64,000 nt of DNA, from contig NW_005434661.1 in assembly GCF_000315625.1 (NCBI RefSeq), positions 830,345-894,344 on the forward strand, in the 5' to 3' direction. Position numbers and translations under genes: made by a program. The notes under the pieces were generated by a model. It was given only the letters and a program-made list of their open reading frames with translations, ran no database searches and was not told the DNA's origin. Positions 13,001 to 20,979 of this stretch are shown piece by piece (the stretch's first letter is position 1; each line of letters begins with the position of its first letter). Source of the stretch: Guillardia theta CCMP2712. Its lineage: Eukaryota > Protista > Cryptophyta.

Positions 13001-13652
13001 GGACAGCTCTCCCTCTCTGCAGGCCTTCCAGACGCTCTCTGCCATCACCCTCCGAACTTGGAACGAACAATCCTGAAGCAGCGGCATGAGGTCCTCCACA
13101 CAGCCTCTGCTTTCCGTCGTCTTCCCCAGAGCTCGAGCAGCTTCCAGCCGCACTCCTTCGTACGTGTCGTTTGACGCATCAAGGATGGCACGGAAAACCT
13201 GCTCGTCCTGCTGGGAGGCACGTCAGAGGCAAGTCTGAAACATGCCTCAACCATGCCTGTCCGTATGAGAGGAGGCAGCCAAGAGCCTCTGTGGCGGTCA
13301 TGCGAACTGTGCGGTCCTTGTCGGTGAGGCTGAGGCCGATGAGGATATCAAGGAACCTCTTCTTCCTCTCCCCCTGCTCGTAAGGAGGACATCAGGTCAA
13401 GCAGGAGACGCGAGCGCACGAGAGGTAGGCGAGGTCTCACTGAAGAGGCTGTGACAGCAGAGGAGGGGCACAGCAGAGGAGATAGGACAGGGAGGAGAGC
13501 AATACCCTCAGGCTTCGTATCAGTGGGGGGAGGCTGCTGGAAGCCTTCCTCCTCTCCATCGCGTCAGCATCGTGCGCTCCTGCAACGGCGATGGAAAGCT
13601 GACTGTCTGCCATTCTGGTCACATTGCTGTCCCTCGTACCCCCTATGACCAT
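10039..13652 (-). CDS. Large HEAT/ARM-repeat protein with an internal LysM-like segment; multi-exon
   Basis: Repeated HEAT-like helices (DKDRTVRMTATEALG, DCSFQVRRVMAESV, HVSAAVRRSAEEAI, DSHETVKEAAAQLL, DGDQLVRHAVLAVL) in ORFs 12149-13153 and 10039-11814. Confidence 0.75.
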
Positions 13653-13938
13653 ATTGACTAGGCATCAAATCATTGGATGGCGGAAGATCAGATGGCGGCG
13701 ACGCTGTTGCAAGGAGCCGCTGCTCTTGCAAGGAGATGAGGGTGGAGAGGAAGACTGGGACAATATAGAGGCTCTCTCGCAGAAGAAACAGCTCCCTGCG
13801 TCGGACCATTCATGAATTCACGGTAGCATTGGGGGGAGGAGGCGGGGGGGGTTGGGAATTCAAAACATTGAGATGCTTTGCTTGCTTTTACTGTGTTTTC
13901 ATTTAGGCATGGAAGAAAAACCTTGACCAGAGCCAACA

Positions 13939-14346
13939 TCAACTTACATTACGCGGCTGGCACACTCTAATGTTTCTCGTTGTCTCTGAGGATTTTGATC
14001 TTGCACGTTTTTTCTCGAACAGCTCAAGATCTTGAGCTGTTTCATCGGATTTGCTTTGAAGCACTGGTACTGTAACTAGCTCGTCGGGGAAAGAAACTTC
14101 TCGCGTGTATGGCAGTGCAATCCTCTCTCCATGCATGGCATGTGACTCGAGCTGTCTTTCATCCTGATTGGCCTCTTCAAGTCCACCATGATCGTCCACA
14201 GAGGTCAATACCATCGTGACGAAGAAGTCCTTGTCTTCTTTCTTCTCAAGTGCGCCTAAGCTATGACTGAGAAGGGCATCAACGTCGTCAAGATTCATGG
14301 CAGGTATGAGCGGAGGATTCATGGCAGGTATGAGCGGAGGATTCAT
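13939..14346 (-). CDS. Intronless 135-aa orphan protein (ORF-A)
   Basis: Open frame; TTTATAAA at 14373-14380 just upstream; diverged paralog at 16330-16550 keeps recognisable peptide similarity. Confidence 0.55.
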   Translation of the reverse strand: MNPPLIPAMNPPLIPAMNLDDVDALLSHSLGALEKKEDKDFFVTMVLTSVDDHGGLEEANQDERQLESHAMHGERIALPYTREVSFPDELVTVPVLQSKSDETAQDLELFEKKRARSKSSETTRNIRVCQPRNVS

Positions 14347-14363
14347 GGCAGGTATGAGCGGAG
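14293..14363 (-). repeat. 24-bp unit x3 spanning the start codon of ORF-A
   Basis: attcatggcaggtatgagcggagg at 14293, 14317 and 14341. Confidence 0.95.
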
Positions 14364-14599
14364 AGTGGTCGGTTTATAAAGGAATTCCCCCGGATACCAC
14401 CCTACCCCCTATTTGACCACAATCTCACCCCCCTAATACATCTCTCAGGGCCTCAGGTTGCGAGCGAGGCTTTATTCGCATCGCTTGTGCTCGCCTTGAT
14501 CGTGCGGATGAAGTTTTACAAGCGTGCTGACTGAAGTTTACTAGTTGTGATCGTGCTGCAGTAGGTTTGATCGTGCTGCTGACGTTTTAGAGCAGTAAT

Positions 14600-15590
14600 A
14601 GTGTGTGTTTTAAGCACAGAATATGAGGCAATGCAGCACTAGTGTGTGTTTTAATCGTGTTTTAAGCGCAGAATACGCGGCAATGCAGCACTAGTGTGTG
14701 TTTTAATCGTGTTCTAAGCGCAGAATACGAGGCAATGCAGCACTAGTGTGTGTTTTAATCGTGTTTTAAGCGCAGAATACGAGGCAATGCAGCACTAGTG
14801 TGTGTTTTAATCGTGTTTTAAGCGCAGAATACCAGGCAATGCAGCACTAGTGTGTGTTTTAATCGTGTTTTAAGCGCAGAATACGAGGCAATGCAGCACT
14901 AGTGTGTGTTTTAATCGTGTTTTAAGCGCAGAATACGCGGCAATGCAGCACTAGTGTGTGTTTTAATCGTGTTTTAAGCGCAGAATACGAGGCAATGCAG
15001 CACTAGTGTGTGTTTTAATCGTGTTTTAAGCGCAGAGCAGCACTAGTGTGTGTTTTAATCGTGTTCTAAGCGCAGAATCCGAGGCAATGCAGCACTAGTG
15101 TGTGTTTTAATCGTGTTCTAAGCGCAGAATACGAGGCAATGCAGCACTAGTGTGTGTTTTAATCGTGTTTTAAGCGCAGAATACGCGGCAATGCAGCACT
15201 AGTGTGTGTTTTAATCGTGTTTTAAGCGCAGAATACGCGGCAATGCAGCACTAGTGTGTGTTTTAATCGTGTTTTAAGCGCAGAATACGAGGCAATGCAG
15301 CACTAGTGTGTGTTTTAATCGTGTTTTAAGCGCAGAATACGCGGCAATGCAGCACTAGTGTGTGTTTTAATCGTGTTTTAAGCGCAGAATACGCGGCAAT
15401 GCAGCACTAGTGTGTGTTTTAATCGTGTTTTAAGCGCAGAATACGAGGCAATGCAGCACTAGTGTGTGTTTTAATCGTGTTTTAAGCGCAGAATACGCGG
15501 CAATGCAGCACTAGTGTGTGTTTTAATCGTGTTTTAAGCGCAGAATCCGAGGCAATGCAGCACTAGTGTGTGTTTTAATCGTGTTTTAAA
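14600..15590. repeat. 52-bp tandem array (minisatellite), 19 copies
   Basis: Unit gcagcactagtgtgtgttttaatcgtgttttaagcgcagaatacgMggcaat; CACTAGTG recurs every 52 nt from 14637 to 15561, with one 40-nt deleted unit (15001-15040). Confidence 0.98.
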
Positions 15591-16027
15591 AGGGCAGAAT
15601 CGTGGTAATGTACTTAAAATTTGGCGAAATTACTTTTTAAAAGAGACCCCCTTGTTGCCTCTGAGACAGTACTATCAGGACCCTACCCCCCTACCCCTGT
15701 CATCTTCTAGCCGGGAACTCTTGACCCAAGTTGCTCGCGTTCCCCTGCCGCTCGTTCCGCTCTCTCGGTCCTTCTCGCCGCTTCTCTGAGATCCGACCAT
15801 CCTCCTCCTCTTTCTTGCTTCGCCGTCGGCTGCATCAACCCTCTCACATAGCGCAACGTTGAGAGCGCGCACCGATGCTACGAAGATGAAGGACAGCTTG
15901 CAGCATCTTGTGTTTCAATTGAAGAGCGTCTGACGGGGACCTCATGCAGTATGTACACGGGTACAGATGTCGGAGAACGAACTGGTCAAGGGAATTCTCG
16001 AGCTTGTGATGGTAGGTGAAGGCGGTG

Positions 16028-16125
16028 ATCGCCTGTACCATCTTCTGCATGCTGGACGCGGAGGAGCTCCTGAAGGAGTCGCCCCGGATCATCTGCGAGT
16101 AGCCGATGATGACAAGCGGAGTTTC
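16028..16125 (-). pseudogene. Inverted, internally deleted fragment of the helicase-like gene at 18268-20326
   Basis: 16054-16122 is the reverse complement of 19607-19676 with one mismatch and one indel (PLVIIGYSQMIRGDSFRSS); after a deletion it resumes at KMVQA. Confidence 0.9.
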
Positions 16126-16329
16126 GAGCCTGGCGTGGCGTGAGGGACTTGTTCTTGGGTGGAAGGGAACAATCTAGATGCTCTCCAGCAGAAAGAGACA
16201 GCTGCTCCAATACGTCAGGCTCTGCAAAGGATAGAGAGAGGGCAACATTCGACCACAAGGTAAAATGTGCTTGCCTTTATTATTGTGTTCTCATTCTGCC
16301 ATGGATGATGACTTGAGACCAGAGCCTAC

Positions 16330-16550
16330 ATCAACTTACATTACGCACTGGCACACGCTCATCATTTCTCGTGCCCGTTTTTTCGCAAACAGCTAAAGTC
16401 TGTCAATTTCATCGAAATTCCTTCGGACTGTTGGCACTGCGGCCAGGTCGGCAGGAGAAGCAGCTTCTGGCATGGAAACAAGGACGTCATGACCTTCTTT
16501 CGTCTTAAGCGAGGCCCAGCAGAGTTCGAGAACCATGTCAACATCCATCT
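16330..16550 (-). pseudogene. Degenerate paralog of ORF-A
   Basis: Reads MDVDMVLELCWASLKTKEGHDVLVSM..DEIDRL*LFAKKRAR..SVCQ versus DDVDALLSHSLGALEKKEDKDFFVTM..DETAQDLELFEKKRAR..RVCQ; shared 3' DNA acatcaacttacattacgc. Confidence 0.8.
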
Positions 16551-17160
16551 ATGAAGAGCTGAAGGAGAGAGAAGATGAAGGAAAGAGACGATGATGGTAT
16601 GGCAGGGGATTGTCTGGACTAGCCGGAAAGGTTTTGGTTGTCATTCCCTTTTTTAGGTGTTGTTTTCCCTGTCAGTCTTGTTCTCCTTGCAAGAATGAAA
16701 GTTGATCTTTTGGGGATGCTCGACGGCACCAGCAGGTGGAGGAAGGTTGGGTTAGTCGCGTGTGATCATGCAGATGAAATCCTTGACTGGAAATGTGGAC
16801 TTGTCGCTGGTTGTCTGAGAGCACAGCAGTCTCTTTCAGAACACGAACTTGTGAGCTGATTGCATTTCGATTGAGTCAGTTCAAACATAGAGCCGCTGCC
16901 GCACAGGAAGCAGAAACAGTTGTATTCGAAAGCGACTGCATTGACTTGGATAGAAGCAGAGCCCTATGCTGCATTACCACGGAAGTACGCGAACAAGTGG
17001 CATCTGTCAATGCGTGTCCTAGTATGTTTATGGACTTAGTGATGTAAGAGACAGGTAGATTGACAGATAAAAAGCTTCTTTCAACTCCATGCTTGTATTG
17101 CCACACCACCTGTCGATCAAACGCGCTTGGGCGTTCAGACCGCAGGGAGGTAAAATGAGG

Positions 17161-17532
17161 CTAGTCTATCATGTGCAGCATCTCGTTAACGATCGCGATT
17201 GCTTTCTCTATGGAGGTGGTGGCCAGGTGTTCGGCAAGCGCCTCCTGGTACTCCTGCGTCATCATATCCTTGAGTTCGTGCAGGGCGTCTCTGAGCTCCC
17301 TGAACTTGGTCTGGTCGCCAGTCTTGTAGGCCTCTACGAGCTTGCGGATGGTGGGCCATGGCCTTCGGCGGCGATCGGCGTTGCCCTTAGCCCCGTTGTA
17401 GAGGGCCTCGAGGTTTTGCGCCACAGTCATGTCGACATACCAGTCGGTGCCGACCTTGATGGCCTGTGAGAACGCATACTTGAGAGCGGTGAACGCCGCG
17501 AAGAAAGCCACATCGTCTACTCCGAAAACCAT
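17161..17532 (-). CDS. Intronless 123-aa helical orphan protein
   Basis: Clean ORF with strongly G/C-ending codons; TATAAA about 55 nt upstream on the minus strand (around 17588-17593). Confidence 0.7.
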   Translation of the reverse strand: MVFGVDDVAFFAAFTALKYAFSQAIKVGTDWYVDMTVAQNLEALYNGAKGNADRRRRPWPTIRKLVEAYKTGDQTKFRELRDALHELKDMMTQEYQEALAEHLATTSIEKAIAIVNEMLHMID

Positions 17533-18029
17533 GGTATGGCGGCGAGGTGAAGCAAGGGAATGCCTGAACTCTTCGTTCCTCTTGCTGTTTATACCACCTC
17601 TCTCCGACTACCCCACTACCGGGCCTAACTAAAATCTAACTTGTGACAGCACTACCCCTTCATCCTATGCAAAGTACCCCAGCTTCCCCCCCATATTGAC
17701 TGGGCGAATGACCCCTTCTTTGATGATCCTACGTGACATTTACATCCGTAGGTTGAAGGGGGAATAATTTTAGTAACTATACCGGTCACGTGTCCCTTGG
17801 TTCCGAGTTCTGCTGGGAAGTACCCACCCCTCGTTTTCACATGTGGAATGTTCCTTCAGCTCTGTGACCTGTCAGCCTGTCACACTCGGGACCGTCTCAG
17901 TCGGAGTTATTAGTCACTAGTGGTGTGCACGCAACCGTGAACTGGACTTGGACTCCGGGATTCAAGTGGAAATCGAGCTCTAGAGCACCGGTAGTCAGCT
18001 GTAGCCTAGCAGTGACTCTCTCAGTCAGA

Positions 18030-18105
18030 TCCGTAGAACTACCGGCCCCCCCGGGCACCGGGTTCAACTGAAAAAGCCGGGCCCCCGGGCTCCAGGCGGC
18101 CCCCG
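18030..18105. promoter_or_regulatory. GC-rich CCG/CGG island between the divergent 123-aa ORF and the helicase-like gene
   Basis: Composition and position. Confidence 0.45.
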
Positions 18106-18267
18106 TGAGGTAGGAAAGAGGTAATCCAGCAAGTACTGGCTTCCTCTGCATCCTCCCGAGTGCAGCCCCCAGACTCTGCCTCGTCGACCTCCAGTCTGCC
18201 GCCAGAACCCGAGGTTGCATCTTCTCCTCCTCTTTCAGTTAAGAACCGGCAACGCACTCCTGACGTG

Positions 18268-20326
18268 ATGTCTGACTCCGACCTGTCCGACGGGAACCTC
18301 ATGGGGGATACAGACAGTGAGGACCAGCCCGAACCTTCTCCCTCACCCCCGGTGCTGGCTGACCAAATTCGTCTAAGCCAGCGCGATATGGCAAGGCGCC
18401 TGTCCATCGAGATGTCGGAGGAAGAGCTCGTTAAAGGAATACTTGAGCTTGTCTTCCCGAGGGCTGACCCTGCGACTGCAATGAAGAAGGCTAGCTACCG
18501 CTTCGACATCCCCGCTGCCGTGCGCATGATAGTCCGCAAACTCAAGAGCGCGCGAGAGATGGGAGGCTGGAAGAGATTCGACGCGACGGAGTCTGGAGAC
18601 CTGCCGGAGATCATTGCCGGAGGTGTGACGCAGAACGGTAAGACCAAGATCAAGGTCCTCGCCATCATCACTGCGGGGCTGCTGGGCGTTGGCACCATCC
18701 TCCTCTCCACTTCTCATCGCGGAGTGAAGACTCTGACAGACAAGATCAACGAGGAGCTGACTCGGTTAGTGGACAAGAATCTGGGAATAGAGTGTATCTG
18801 TCTTCTGGACGTACAGACTCCCACAGTTTGCCCTAGAATCGTCCTCAAGTTCCTCCAGACCGGCTGCTGTTCTCTCCCCGACACTGCTTTCCGGATCAAG
18901 CAGATGCATAAAATCCTTGATGAAGCTGGAGCATCTGACTACCCGTGCCAACTCATCATGGATGAGGCGGACTCGTTCTATCGCAGCCGCCGTGCGGTGG
19001 TTGGAGCTGACGAGGAGTCCCTGTGCAAGAGGCAGGTCAAGATTACCAAGCTCGAAGAGTCCCTAGACGAACTTCGAGGCGTCGCCCACCTCGTCCTCCG
19101 CTGGAACGTCTCTGCAACTCTTGTCCCGGTCTTCCTGCACCTTCAGGACAAGCGCGGGGGGGGTCGACACTCAGTCGATCCTCTATACCAAGCCGGAGGG
19201 AGACTACAACGGAGTGGTTGACTTCAAGCCCCTCGTGGTGGACGGAGAGGAGGAGTTCCTCGAGTACGGGGACCTCAAGCCAAACAAACTCTACTGTAAC
19301 AACCTGACGGACGAGATGTTCAAGCAGGCGTTCAGCAAGAACAAGTCCCTCACGCTTGTCATCACAAACAGCCGTGTCAACACCGTTAACAATGTCTTCG
19401 ACCTCGCCAAAAGCCTTCAGCGGGACTATCCTTATGTTGCCGCCCTCGTCATCGTGGGAGGCACCCGAGGCATCTCCTACTTCCCTCCGCCTGATCCCAG
19501 AGCTCCTCTCAACGGCTTGGCTCCGAGCAAGGACGAGCTGAACACGAAGCCGCAGATCTCAGTGAGTCAGGCCATGGAGATGGTCGACCAGCATGCTGGG
19601 ATCGACACTCCGCTTGTCATCATCGGCTACTCGCAGATGATCCGTGGCGACTCCTTCAGGAGCTCCCTCCGCGTCCCCACCCACCTCATCTGCGCCTTGG
19701 GAACCGCCATGAGCATCGAGAAGATGGTGCAGGCGATGGGGCGACCGACGTATCAGAACAGCACGCTCGAGAGCAACGGCTTCTCCCACGTCACCGTCCT
19801 CACCTACGCCATGGACTTCGACACGGCCCAGGCCTACCCGCAGTGGCTCCTCGAGATGGAGAAGAAGCTAGCTGACGGCATGACGCTGCCAGAAGCGCTC
19901 TCGAGCTCGGCTCAGTACACGGATAAGGCCAACATCACGCACCGCCAGCGCAAGTCCATTGGTCAGAAGAAGGACATGCTGAGCTTGGACGTCTCCTACT
20001 CCGGCCCCGAGCCGGGTCAGGAGCGGCCAGGACATCGCTGGCTCAACAAGCGTATGCGGAGCAACCCAGTAGCCAGCAAGCTCATCGACATTGCAACGAA
20101 GCACGCGGAGACCTACGAGTCCTATATGCAGGAGCTGCAAACAGACTCTGAGGTAGGAAGGACGGCGAGGCAGTTCTGCGACGAGTGGAACGAGAGCTTG
20201 TCGGAAGGAGAAGCAGCCTCGCTCAGCTTTGTGACGAGCAACCTGAACAAGCTTGTCTCCAACGGCATCATGAAAAAATCCAACGACAAGCCAGCGAAAT
20301 ACTGGCTGCCAAGCAAGGACATCTAA
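18268..20326 (+). CDS. SF2 helicase/ATPase-like protein resembling Z1-domain ATPases, with C-terminal winged helix; intronless; +1 frameshift at G8 run 19156-19163
   Basis: Walker A GGVTQNGKT, Walker B LIMDEAD, motif III VSAT, KPEGDYNG, IIGYSQMIRGDSF, motif VI QAMGR; ORFs 18160-19221 and 19121-20326 join into about 685 aa if one G is removed. Confidence 0.75.
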
Positions 20327-20979
20327 GGGACAGGCAACGGCTGAATGACATTTGTGAGTTTGTTTGCTCAAAAGGGCCCCCAATAAGAGGACCGTGCGGG
20401 ACTTGAAGGCTCTTGTGTCCTTTGAAGAGGTCAAGCAATATGCTTTCAACTTAAGGTTTTAATGCTGAGAGTTTAGATAAAGAGTTTGCCGAGAGACTCG
20501 GGAAGAAAGAGGTGGGAGGCATATCATGATTGGCACTGCTTCGAGAGATGTAGTGCTGACCATACGAGTCCATGTCTTATAGGGAATGTGAGTAGAACAT
20601 TCAAAAGATTATCATGTTTCTGCTCTGTTTCCTTTGTTATGGTTCAATTCGATTCGGATCTTGGTTGTCTACTTCTGCTAGTTGTTTCACATACTGCCGA
20701 CTCGAAGTCTGCGTTGATTGCCTTCAGCTGCTGAGAGTTTGAAATCCTTCAGGTCATGTGCAGCTCTACCCCAATGTGCCAGCCATGAGTCATCAGTGAT
20801 GACGACGTGGCTTCAACCCTCGATCATCTTCATGACTTGAGTTGTTGCAGTAAACATGCGCACAGGTACTCAACTATCTCAAAGTCTCTCCAGCCATCAT
20901 AGTGCAATAGTGCGACTCATCAAAAGTCGCAGGAGGCGACTGAGAGGTTTAATGAATAATGTCAGGGATGCAGGAGAAT

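Noticed and set aside
13830-14410. G-rich and C-rich ends around ORF-A as TIRs
   Set aside because: Only weak low-complexity complementarity and no target-site duplication.
14600-15590. 52-bp array as a CRISPR array
   Set aside because: Units are contiguous and near-identical with no unique spacers; no cas genes; eukaryotic context.
17915-17927. CACTAGTG satellite core reappearing in the helicase upstream region
   Set aside because: Only an 8-bp palindrome, also present near 8080; compatible with chance.
20200-20315. Z-alpha (Z-DNA-binding) domain call
   Set aside because: The register matches, but the diagnostic Asn, Tyr and Trp are absent; kept only as a generic winged helix.
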